DNA of 64,000 nt from an uncultured Candidatus Rokubacteria bacterium (GTDB lineage: Bacteria > Methylomirabilota > Methylomirabilia > Rokubacteriales > CSP1-6): assembly GCA_963789955.1 (NCBI GenBank), contig CAWBMV010000014.1, positions 1-64,000 on the forward strand, read 5' to 3'. Position numbers and translations under genes: made by a program. Of the stretch, positions 50,510 to 59,907 are shown piece by piece. A model generated the notes under the pieces. The model searched no databases and was not told the origin of the DNA. It was given only the letters and a program-made list of their open reading frames with translations. The stretch's first letter is position 1. Every line of letters begins with the position of its first letter.

Positions 50510-52276
50510 GTGAGCCGAACCTCACCGACCGTGTTGCGGCTGCACGATCTGCTCCTTCGGACACCGACCGGCCTGGTGATCCTCGCGCTAACGGTGGGAT
50601 CGGGCGCCGGCCTCGGCGCGGTCGCCTTCCGCTATTTGATCCTCTGGTTCACGTGGCTGTTTAGCGGCCACGCGGACTACAGCGCCGCGGGTCATGCCCC
50701 CCACCCCCTGGCACCCTGGCTCGGGCCCTGGTTCGTCGTGCTGGCTCCGATCGCGGGTGGCCTCCTCTACGGGCCGCTCATCGATCGCTTCGCTCGCGAG
50801 GCCCGCGGTCACGGAGTGCCGGAAGTCATGTTGGCCGTCGCCGAGCGCGGCGGGCGGATTCGACCACAGGTGGCCGTGATCAAGTCGCTCGCGTCCGCCA
50901 TCTGCATCGGCTCTGGCGGCTCGGTCGGGCGCGAGGGCCCGATCGTCCAGATCGGTTCCGCTCTCGGGTCTGCGATAGGACAGGCGTTACGCGTCCCCGA
51001 ATCACGCCTTCGTCTGCTGGTCGCCTGCGGGGCCGCCGGCGGAATCTCCGCGACCTTCAATGCGCCGATCGCCGGCGTCATCTTCGCGCTCGAGCTCATC
51101 CTCCGTGACTTCGAGGCTGAGTCCTTCGGCGTCGTGGTGCTGGCATCGGTCGTGGCCAACGTCATCGGCAGGGCTGTCTTCGGATCGGCGGCGTTTCTGC
51201 CGCTTCCGTCGTTCGCCGTGACCTCGCTGTGGGAATACGGCATGTACGCCGGCCTCGGCCTCTGCGCGGCGCTCGTCGGCGTGGCGTTCATCCGCGTGCT
51301 CTACGGCCTCGAGGACATCACTGACAGCCTCTGGCGCGGACCTGAATGGCTGCGGCCCGTCGTCGGAGGTGGAGTCCTTGGTCTGCTGCTCCTCGCCTTG
51401 CCCGAGATGTATGGCGTTGGCTACCCGGTGCTGGAGGGGGCGATCAGGGGCGAATACGTCTTTGGCTTTCTCGTCCTGTTGCTGGCCGCCAAGATCGTCG
51501 CGACCAGCCTGACCATCGCCATCGGCGGCTCGGGCGGTGTGTTCGCGCCGTCACTGTTCATGGGCGCGATGCTGGGCACCGCCTACGGGCAGCTGCTGCA
51601 CTGGACGCTTCCCGGTAGCGTCGGGTTAGCCGGAGCCTATGGCCTCGTCGGTATGGGCGCCGTCTTCGCGGCAACCTCTCGAGCCCCCATTACCGCCGTC
51701 ATCATCATCTTCGAGCTGACCGGGGAGTATCAGATCATCCTTCCCCTGATGTTCGCCGTAGCTCTCGCCGCGTTCATCAGCAATTTGCTGAGCCGGGACA
51801 CGATCTATACGCTCAAGCTGTGGCGCCGCGGCATCGACGTCACGCGCGGACGCGGTCCCAATCTGATGCAGCTGTTGACGGTGGGCGAGGCGATGCAACC
51901 GGTGCCCGACGCAATCGCTCAGGACCGCCCCCTGACCGAAGTGATCGCGCGGTTCGCCGATGAGGACGTCGAGGCGCTGCCGGTCGTGGATCCCGAGGGC
52001 CGGTATCGTGGCACCGTCATGGCCCGTCAAGTCGAGCAGAGTCTCCGCGACAACGCCACCGACGGCAGCGCTGGCAATGCGGCCCAAGAGACGCCGACGC
52101 TGGTGGCCAGCCAGACGCTCGAACAGGCTCTCGCTGAGCTCGTGCGCAGTAACGCGCCGGGACTTCCCGTGCTCGATACCGCGGGTCGGAGCCTCGTCGG
52201 CTGGCTCGACCACCGTGACGTGTTGAGGCTCTACAGCGAACGACGCGAGCGACTCTCGCGGCCAGGCCACACCTAG
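50510..52276 (+). CDS. ClC chloride channel/transporter with CBS domains
   Basis: GHGVPEV, GGSVGREGP, F.APIAG, GGVFAP, FELTG; C-terminal CBS pair. Confidence 0.93.
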   Translation: MSRTSPTVLRLHDLLLRTPTGLVILALTVGSGAGLGAVAFRYLILWFTWLFSGHADYSAAGHAPHPLAPWLGPWFVVLAPIAGGLLYGPLIDRFAREARGHGVPEVMLAVAERGGRIRPQVAVIKSLASAICIGSGGSVGREGPIVQIGSALGSAIGQALRVPESRLRLLVACGAAGGISATFNAPIAGVIFALELILRDFEAESFGVVVLASVVANVIGRAVFGSAAFLPLPSFAVTSLWEYGMYAGLGLCAALVGVAFIRVLYGLEDITDSLWRGPEWLRPVVGGGVLGLLLLALPEMYGVGYPVLEGAIRGEYVFGFLVLLLAAKIVATSLTIAIGGSGGVFAPSLFMGAMLGTAYGQLLHWTLPGSVGLAGAYGLVGMGAVFAATSRAPITAVIIIFELTGEYQIILPLMFAVALAAFISNLLSRDTIYTLKLWRRGIDVTRGRGPNLMQLLTVGEAMQPVPDAIAQDRPLTEVIARFADEDVEALPVVDPEGRYRGTVMARQVEQSLRDNATDGSAGNAAQETPTLVASQTLEQALAELVRSNAPGLPVLDTAGRSLVGWLDHRDVLRLYSERRERLSRPGHT

Positions 52277-52791
52277 GTCGCAGACGCCTCGACTCCTGCC
52301 GCTTCTCGAAGCGCGATCGTCTGGTCGCCGATGCGAACCGTGGCGTCCCAGGTGATCGCGATCGCGTCCTTCACACTCTGGTGTGCCGGACATCCCTCGG
52401 GATGGAGGCGGAGCGCCCGTTCGGTGGCTTCCCGCGCGTCGACGGGCACCGCCAGATCGTAGTGCACGTGAATCGACTTGATCCGGATCGTCTTACCGAT
52501 CCCGGAAATACGCCCAGCGACCGTGGCTTTGAAGGCATCACGATCGAACGCCACTTTGCGCCCTGCCAGGGCGCCCCGAAGGGTGCCGTACATTCAGCCG
52601 GCAACCGCGGCCACGATGTGATCGAGCGTCGAGGCGATCGGCGGCCCTTCCTTCGCGCCGTAGTACTGGCGAAGGGCGCCCTGGACTCCGTACACCACCG
52701 GTTCGGCAATTTCGCCGAGATAGGCGTGACGATAGCCGTCGCGATACTCGAGGCGGGCTTGTGAGATGTATTCGAAATCTTCGGGCATCAC
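52273..52791 (-). CDS. OsmC/Ohr family protein, probable selenoprotein (UGA at 52596-52594)
   Basis: two ORFs joined in frame across one TGA give AAVAG-U-MYGTL at the peroxidatic Cys position; resolving CP present; AAGGAG RBS. Confidence 0.82.
52558..52574 (-). other. bacterial SECIS-like hairpin
   Basis: GCGCCCU-GGC-AGGGCGC, 7-bp stem starting 19 nt after the UGA, G-led loop. Confidence 0.6.
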
Positions 52792-52842
52792 TTGTCTCCT
52801 TTCGACTCGTCCGGACGGATCTGTCGAGAGGATACAGCATCA

Positions 52843-53633
52843 TCAGAGCCCGGCAGCGCGCGCGAGCAGTAGCAACCCTGCCCCGACGACGACGACCCCG
52901 ATGGCTCGCGCGACACGCTCACCGGCCGGTGCGAGACGTTCGACGGTGATGGCCGCCCCCACGACAGCCATCGCGCGAAGGTCCATGACCCCGATGACCA
53001 GGAGGACCACCATCAGACCGGCACAGCAGTGGCTGCACTGGAGGCCGAGGCGCAGGCCGTGTCGCCAGGCCGTGGCGACGTCGGCCGCCAGCGTACGGTC
53101 GCGCCCGGGCGTCGTTCCGGCAGCAGGCAAGGGAACGCGCCTTCCACGCTGTGAGTTGCAGAGCGCCGACGACCAGCACGACCACACCGATCGCGATCGG
53201 TACGGCGCGCGCCAGCGCCGGGTGTTGCATCTCGATCGCAGTCAGTGCGACGCCGAGCGGGAAAACGGCAATTCCGAACACCGTCCAGACAAAGAAGTAC
53301 CCCGACGCCCACGACCGCGGTCAGCCGACCGAGGGGCGTCTCGCCAGTGCTGCCAACGGCCCGGCGGTAGCGCCACAGCATCGGGACCAGGGACGGCAGC
53401 ATCATCGCCACCATCATCACGACCCACATGCCGAGGAACGACGCCGCCGCGCCGGGCGACGTCTGTCCGGGCATCCGCATCCACGCCATCGACATCGCCC
53501 AGCCGCCGGGCATCGGCATCTCGCCCATCGCCGACATCGACGCGCACCAGACGGTCGTCAGCGCCGCGCTGGCGGCGAAGAGCAGCGCTGAGACCGCAAA
53601 GAAGGCGTGGTGGGACGCTCGCTCGGAAGCCAT
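52843..53633 (-). CDS. DUF2182 predicted metal-binding membrane protein (two frameshifts)
   Basis: MPMPGGW.MSMAWM.MPGQ, MW.VMMVAMMLPS, Q.T.WK...L.CCR, GVMDL..MA. Confidence 0.85.
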
Positions 53634-53643
53634 GCGATGTCGC

Positions 53644-54407
53644 TCAGCCCTTGTTGTACTCGTCGTGGCGGCGCCACCAGAGGCCCGTCTCGTTGCGCCC
53701 CTTGGGTGCGCGGTCGAGCCACTGGTACATGCCCCAGAGGCCATCCAGTCCGCGCGCATAGGTGGAATAGGTGTGGTAGACGACGCCATCCTCGAGCGCG
53801 AACGCGCTCATGCCCGGCCTCTCGCGCGTGTACGTCGCCGCGTCGGTTCCGGCCGAGGCCGCGAACTCGGCGACCGGCCCCTCGTCGCCGGCTTTCACCT
53901 GCCACGCCGCCTCGCGCTGGTAGTTGTACTCGATCCCCCCGCGCGCTGTTGCTCCTCGGTGAACCGGACGTTGAAGTCGACGTTGAAGTCGCCGCCGAAC
54001 GAGGACGCCCAGGGGAACGTCCACCCCATCCGCCGCTTGTATGCCTGCAGCTTCGCGAGCGGCGCCCGCGACACCGCCCAAAGCATGACGTCGTGGTTGG
54101 CCAGGTGCGCGGCGAACCCGTTGAAGCCGTCCGCGATTGCCGAGCAGGACGGGCACCCCGCCGTGTAATCGGGCCCGAACATGAAATGGTAGACGAGGAG
54201 CTGCGAGCGCCCTCGAAAGAGGTCCTTCAGCGAGGCGCTCCCCTCGTCGGTCTCGAATCGATACTCCTTGTCGATCCGAACCCACGGCAGCTCCTGTCGC
54301 CGCCGCGCCAGCTCGTCACTGCGCCGCGTCAGCTCCTTCTCAGCCTTGAGCAGCTCGAGCCGCGCTGCGAGCCACTCGTTACGTGTCCCGGTCATGTGCT
54401 TCGTCAT
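53644..54407 (-). CDS. DUF899 thioredoxin-like protein (frameshift at C-run near 53938)
   Basis: R.EWLAAR..LL..EK, LF.GRSQL.VYHFMFGP, CPSCS, YHTYS.YARG, LD..P.GR.E. Confidence 0.9.
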
Positions 54408-54540
54408 CGCTTTTCTCTCCTCTGTTGGGTGTTCTGCCTTGCCACCACGCTTCTCGATGCGGCTTGGCAGTGGTTGCTCATGCGATACATTTAGCGCCGG
54501 GTATCCGAACGGTGGGAGTGACAAGTGTGACGGGATTCCG

Positions 54541-55762
54541 ATGGACTCGCTGATCACCGCCGCGGCGCGCGCACTCGCGGCGGGCGATCCCCTCGGCGCA
54601 CTTGAAGCGGATCGCCCTGCGCGACGACGCGCCGGCTCTCGCCCTTCGCGGCATCGCGATGGCGCAGCTCGGCGATCTCGTTCGAGCGAAGGCCCTCCTG
54701 CGACGTGCTGCGCGTGCCTTCGGTCCGAAAGAGGCCGTGGCCCGCGCGCGGTGCGTCGTCGCCGAAGCCGAGGTCGCGCTCGTCTCGCGCGACCTGGGTT
54801 GGCCCGCGAAGGCGCTCGACGCGGCGCGGGCGACGCTCGAAGAGCACGGCGACCTGGTCAACGCCGCGTACGCGCGGTATCTCGAGGTCCGGCGCCTCCT
54901 CCTGATCGGGCGCATCGACGAGGCCGAGCGTACGCTCGCCGAGCTCGACCCCGCGCCCTTCCCTCCCGCATTGAAGGCCGCCCACGAGCTGGTCGTCGCG
55001 GGGATCGCGATGCGGCGTCTCCAGACGAAGGCGGCGCGCGCTGCGCTCGCCCGGGCCGAACGCGCGGCGCGCTCCGCGAGGATCCCGGCCCTGACGGCGG
55101 AGGTCGAAAGCGCACTCGTTGTCCTGAACACGCCCGCCGCGCGCCTGATGACGAAAGGCGAGGAGCGACTTCTCCGGCTCGAGGAGGTCGAAGCGTTGCT
55201 GGCGTCGAACGGATTCGTCGTCGACGCCTGCCGTCATGTCGTGCGTCACGCACGCAAGGTGGTCTCGCTCGCCAGGCGTCCGGTGCTGTTCGCGCTCGCA
55301 CGCGCGCTGGGCGAAGCATGGCCCGGAGACGTACCGAGGGACACGCTCGTCGCGCGCGCCTTCGGATCGAAGCGCGCCGACGAATCGCATCGCGCGCGCC
55401 TGCGAGTCGAAGTCGGGCGGCTTCGCAAGATGCTTCGGACGCTGGCCGGCGTGAGCGCGACGAAGCGAGGTTTTGCGTTGGCGCCGCGCCGCGCACGCGA
55501 GGTCGTCGTGCTGGCGGGGCCCGTCGATGAGGAGCATGCCGCGGTGCTCGCCTTCCTTACCGACGGTGAATCGTGGTCGAGCTCGGCCCTTGCGCTGGCG
55601 CTGGGAACGAGCCAGCGCACCGTGCAGCGGGCGCTCGACTCGCTGGCGGCAGCCGGCAAGGTGCAGTCGTTCGGCCGGGGGCGAGCTCGTCGTTGGATGA
55701 CCCCGCCCGTGCCGGGATTCACGACGACCTTGTTACTCCCCGCTCCGCTGCCGACTGGCTAA
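54541..55762 (+). CDS. HTH domain-containing regulator with TPR-like helical N-terminus (frameshift near 54602)
   Basis: MDSLITAAARALAAGDPLGAL-KRIALRDDAPALALRGIAMAQLG; RLRVEVGRLR winged helix; SQRTVQRAL C-terminal HTH. Confidence 0.82.
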
Positions 55763-55771
55763 GGTGGACGC

Positions 55772-56440
55772 ATGAACCAATCAACGGCCGAGATCGTTCG
55801 TGAGTATGGCCCTTTCCCGGGTGCCGACAGCGTGCATGGGGTCACGTATGACGGTCAGCACGTCTGGTTTGCTTCCGGGGACAAGCTGAACGCCGTCGAT
55901 CCCGCGAGCGGGAAGATGCTGCGCTCGATCGATGTCGCCGCGCATGCCGGCACGGCCTTCGACGGCCAGCACCTGTATCAGCTCGCCGAGGATCGCATCC
56001 AGAAGATCGATCCGAAGACCGGCCGTGTGCTCGCCACGATCCCGGCGCCCGGCGGCGGCGGTGACTCGGGGCTCACGTGGGCCGAAGGGACGCTCTGGGT
56101 CGGACACTATCGGGACCGAAAGATCCATCAAGTCGATCCCCAAACAGGGGCGATTCTTCGCACGATCGAGTCCAAGCGCTTCGTCACCGGAGTCACCTGG
56201 ATCGACGGAGAGCTCTGGCACGGCACCTGGGAAGGTGACGAGAGCGATTTGAGGCGGGTCGATCCTCGCACGGGAGAAGTTCTGGAGACGATCGAGATGC
56301 CGCGTGGAGTGAACGTTTCGGGGCTCGAGTCCGATGGCGGCGATCACTTCTTCTGCGGAGGAGGCGGGAGCGGGAAAGTGAGGACCGTCCGCCGGCCCAG
56401 GCGAACCTCCGCGCGAGCGATTGACCGTCCTTTGCCTTGA
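55772..56440 (+). CDS. glutamine cyclotransferase-like beta-propeller protein
   Basis: repeated G.T.DG..LW and IDP.TG.VL..I blades. Confidence 0.78.
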   Translation: MNQSTAEIVREYGPFPGADSVHGVTYDGQHVWFASGDKLNAVDPASGKMLRSIDVAAHAGTAFDGQHLYQLAEDRIQKIDPKTGRVLATIPAPGGGGDSGLTWAEGTLWVGHYRDRKIHQVDPQTGAILRTIESKRFVTGVTWIDGELWHGTWEGDESDLRRVDPRTGEVLETIEMPRGVNVSGLESDGGDHFFCGGGGSGKVRTVRRPRRTSARAIDRPLP

Positions 56441-56483
56441 CACTCGCCGCCACTCCCGCCTAGTCTCCTGCTCGCGGAGGATC

Positions 56484-57311
56484 GTGACGAAGAGTCTGCG
56501 GCGGGCGGCGCGCAGCACCGTGGTGGTGGTCGGCGCGGTCTTCGCGTTGGTGATCGTCGGTATGGCGTTGTTCGCCGGCGGGCTGGCGCCGCATCCCCCT
56601 GATGAGCAGAACTTCGACCTGATCGAGGCGAAGCCAGGAGCGCAGGCGTTTTTCGGCACCGACCGCTTCGGCCGCGACGTGCTGAGCCGGGTGATCTACG
56701 GCGCACGCGTCTCCCTCTACGTCGCGGTGACGTCGATCGGGCTGGCGATGCTGGTCGGCGGGGCGCTGGGGCTGACGGCGGGCTACGCCGGGGGCGTGTG
56801 GGACAACGCGATCAACCGCGTCATGGACGTCTTCTTCAGTATCCCGGGGTTGTTGCTTGCGGTCGGAGTGGCGGCGCTGCGAGGACCAGGAGTGAACAGC
56901 GCCGTCGTGGCCATCACGATCGTGTACACGCCACTCTTCGTCCGCGTCATGCGGGGGCCGGTGCTGGTCGAGCGCGAGAGGGAGTACATCGAGGCGGTGC
57001 GGGCGCTGGGCGCCGGCCGCCTGGTCGTGGCGCTCAAGCACCTCCTTCCGAACGTGCTGTCGCCGTTCGTGGTTCAAGGCACAGTCGCCTTCTCGCAGGC
57101 CATTCTCATCGAGGCCTCGCTGAGCTACCTCGGGCTGTCGGCGCAGCCCCCCACACCGTCGTGGGGGAACATGCTGAACGAGGGGCGGACGTATCTGGAG
57201 ACCGCGCCGTGGATCTCGGTGTTCCCGGGCGTGGCGATCATGACCGCCGTGCTGGCGTTCAACCTGATCGGCGACGGACTTCGCGACATTCTCGACCCGA
57301 ACGCATCATGA
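56484..57311 (+). CDS. ABC peptide/nickel permease (DppC-like)
   Basis: GTDRFGRDV.SR..YG.R.SL, EYIEA.RALGA, P.P.WG.ML. Confidence 0.93.
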   Translation: MTKSLRRAARSTVVVVGAVFALVIVGMALFAGGLAPHPPDEQNFDLIEAKPGAQAFFGTDRFGRDVLSRVIYGARVSLYVAVTSIGLAMLVGGALGLTAGYAGGVWDNAINRVMDVFFSIPGLLLAVGVAALRGPGVNSAVVAITIVYTPLFVRVMRGPVLVEREREYIEAVRALGAGRLVVALKHLLPNVLSPFVVQGTVAFSQAILIEASLSYLGLSAQPPTPSWGNMLNEGRTYLETAPWISVFPGVAIMTAVLAFNLIGDGLRDILDPNAS

Positions 57312-57384
57312 GGCAGTGCGCGCTGCAGGCCGTCGCGGGGCTGGGGCCCCGCTGGCCGAGGCGCGCTGAAAAGAGGAGACGAGC

Positions 57385-58920
57385 ATGAGCCAGTTGACTC
57401 GCCGCCAACTGTTGAAATCCGCCGGCCTGACCGCCGGCGCCTTCGCGCTCCCCCGTCGGACCGGCGCCCAGACAAAGCCCGGCACTCTGATCTCGGCCCA
57501 GACGACGGAGGCGACCGGCCTCGATCCCCAGCTCGTGCCGGCGCTGTCGCGCAGCCGCCGCTCTCCCCTGACCTACAACCAGCTCGTGCGTTTCGAGCCC
57601 GACATGACGCCGGTGCCGGAGCTGGCCGAATCGTGGCAGGTGAGCCCGGACGGGCTCACCTGGACGTTCAAGCTGCGCCAGGGCGTGAAGTTCCACGACG
57701 GCCAGGAGTTCACCTCGGCCGACGTGAAATTCTCGTTCGATCGCCTGCTGGAGAAGTCGGCCGCCGGCAAGTCGGACTTCAACGCGGTGGACAAGATCGA
57801 GCCCGCCGGCAAGTACGCGGTGAAGTTCGTCACCAAGGAGCCGTTCGCCGCGCTGGTGGCGGCCCTGGGCGGCTTCTGGGGCTTCATCGTCAGCGAGGCG
57901 GGCGTCAAGAAGTACGGCGACCTCAACAAGTCGGCGCTCGGCACCGGCCCGTTCATCCTGGAGGACTGGAAGGTCGAGCAGCAGATGGTTTTCAAGCGCA
58001 ATCCCAACTACTGGAAGAAGGGGCTGCCGCACGCCGACGAGCTGATCGTACGCGTCATCCCCGACGAGGCCAATATCGTCGCGGCGCTGCGCACGGGGCA
58101 AGTGCATCACGCGTTCATCGAGGACAACAAGAACTACAACCTTCTGAAGGACGAAAAGTCGCTGACCGGCTATCGCTCTTCGCGGCTGGGCTACGACTAC
58201 CTCAACATGAGCGCCAACCGTGGTCCGCTCGGGGACGTCCGCGTGCGCCAGGCCATCTCGTGGGCGGTCGATCGCTCCCAGGTCATGCGCGTCGCGACCG
58301 CCGGCTTCGGGCGCCTGACCGCGCCGTGCACGGCGCCCATGAAGCAGTGGCAGCTGCCCGAAGAACAGTGGATGAAGTACTACAAGCCCGACCTCGACCG
58401 CGCCAAGAAGCTGATGGCCGAGGCCGGCGTGCCCAACGGCTTCAGCGTGAAGTGCTCGGTGATCCCCACGTTTCCGACCATGGTGTCCGGGGCGCCGGTC
58501 ATCGCCGCCCAACTCAAGCGCATCGGCATCAATATGGAGATCGAGAACGTCGAGTACGCCGTGTGGATCAAGCGCTGGCTGGCCCACGACTTCGATATGA
58601 CCATGAACAGTACGCCCGGCTACGCCGATCCCGACGTGGCGTTCTTTCGCCCGCTGCACTCGACCAAGGGGCAGAACTGGAACTCGTGGAGCGTGCCGGC
58701 GGTCGACGCAATGCTGGAAGAGGGCCGGCGCACCATGGACGTCAAGAAGCGCAAGGAGATCTACGACCGGCTGCAGATCTCGATCCTCGAGAACGTGCCA
58801 CACCTCTGGCTGTACTCGGCCGATCTGATCGACTTCACGCAGGCCACCGTCAAGGGGTTCCGCCAGCACCCGACGGCGCTGCTGTACGGCCTGGAGGGCG
58901 CGTCGGTCGACAAGGCGTAG
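57385..58920 (+). CDS. ABC substrate-binding protein family 5, Tat signal
   Basis: TRRQLLK; P.LAESW..S.DG..WTFKLR.GVKFHDG, GTGPF. Confidence 0.93.
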   Translation: MSQLTRRQLLKSAGLTAGAFALPRRTGAQTKPGTLISAQTTEATGLDPQLVPALSRSRRSPLTYNQLVRFEPDMTPVPELAESWQVSPDGLTWTFKLRQGVKFHDGQEFTSADVKFSFDRLLEKSAAGKSDFNAVDKIEPAGKYAVKFVTKEPFAALVAALGGFWGFIVSEAGVKKYGDLNKSALGTGPFILEDWKVEQQMVFKRNPNYWKKGLPHADELIVRVIPDEANIVAALRTGQVHHAFIEDNKNYNLLKDEKSLTGYRSSRLGYDYLNMSANRGPLGDVRVRQAISWAVDRSQVMRVATAGFGRLTAPCTAPMKQWQLPEEQWMKYYKPDLDRAKKLMAEAGVPNGFSVKCSVIPTFPTMVSGAPVIAAQLKRIGINMEIENVEYAVWIKRWLAHDFDMTMNSTPGYADPDVAFFRPLHSTKGQNWNSWSVPAVDAMLEEGRRTMDVKKRKEIYDRLQISILENVPHLWLYSADLIDFTQATVKGFRQHPTALLYGLEGASVDKA

Positions 58921-58928
58921 CCGGCGCG

Positions 58929-59882
58929 GTGGGACGCTACGTCATCATCCGGCTGTACTCGATGGCCGTCACCCTGGTGGGCCTCTCGGTGCTCGTGTTC
59001 CTCATGCTGCGCCTGGTCCCCGGCACCGTCGTCGAGCAGATGATCGGCGCCGACGCCATCGCGAGTCCGGCGATGGTGGCGGAGCTGAAGCGGTTCTTCG
59101 GCTTGGACCAGCCGTGGTGGCAGCAATACGGACGCTGGGTTGCGGCGCTCACCCACGGCGATCTCGGTACATCCTGGCGGACAGGCAAGCCCGTGGTCGC
59201 GCTGATTCTCGAGCGGCTGCCGGTGACGATCGAGCTGACCGCGCTGGCCGTCGGCTTCGCGATGCTGCTGGGTGTCCCGGCCGGGATCCTCTCCGCGACC
59301 CGTCGCGACCGGGCGATCGACAACGTCACGCGCGTGGGCACGCTACTCGGGCTGTCCGTCCCCGTGTTCTGGCAGGGCACGATGCTGATCCTGTTCTTCT
59401 CGATCTACCTGCGCTGGATGCCGCCGGTCATGTGGGTCGACTTCTTCGCCGACCCGGGGCGCAACCTCACGATCATGGCGCTGCCCGCGCTGTGCCTGGG
59501 CACCGCCAGCGCTGCCAACATCGCGCGGACGACTCGGGCCTGCATGCTCGACGTGCTGCGCTCGGAATACATCCGCACGGCGGCGGCCAAAGGTCTCGCG
59601 GACCGCCTCGTCGTCCTCAAGCACGCCCTCAAGAACGCGCTGATTCCGATCGTGACGGTGGCCGGGCTGCAGATCGGGATCCTGCTCGGCGGTACCGTCG
59701 TCGTGGAGGAGGTCTTCACCCTGCCCGGCATCGGGCGTCTGGTGCTGTGGTCGATCTACCAGCGCGACTACCCGTTGACCCAGTCGACGATCCTGTTCGT
59801 CGCGGTGATGTTCATGGCCATCAACCTCGCCGTGGACGTGCTGTACGGATACCTCGATCCGCGCATCCGCTACAGCGCCTAG
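58929..59882 (+). CDS. ABC peptide/nickel permease (DppB-like)
   Basis: GLDQP, GDLG.S, Y.RTA.AKGL, HALKNA, RDYP, LDPRI. Confidence 0.93.
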   Translation: MGRYVIIRLYSMAVTLVGLSVLVFLMLRLVPGTVVEQMIGADAIASPAMVAELKRFFGLDQPWWQQYGRWVAALTHGDLGTSWRTGKPVVALILERLPVTIELTALAVGFAMLLGVPAGILSATRRDRAIDNVTRVGTLLGLSVPVFWQGTMLILFFSIYLRWMPPVMWVDFFADPGRNLTIMALPALCLGTASAANIARTTRACMLDVLRSEYIRTAAAKGLADRLVVLKHALKNALIPIVTVAGLQIGILLGGTVVVEEVFTLPGIGRLVLWSIYQRDYPLTQSTILFVAVMFMAINLAVDVLYGYLDPRIRYSA

Positions 59883-59907
59883 CGGACAACGCCTCAAAGG
59901 AGACGCT

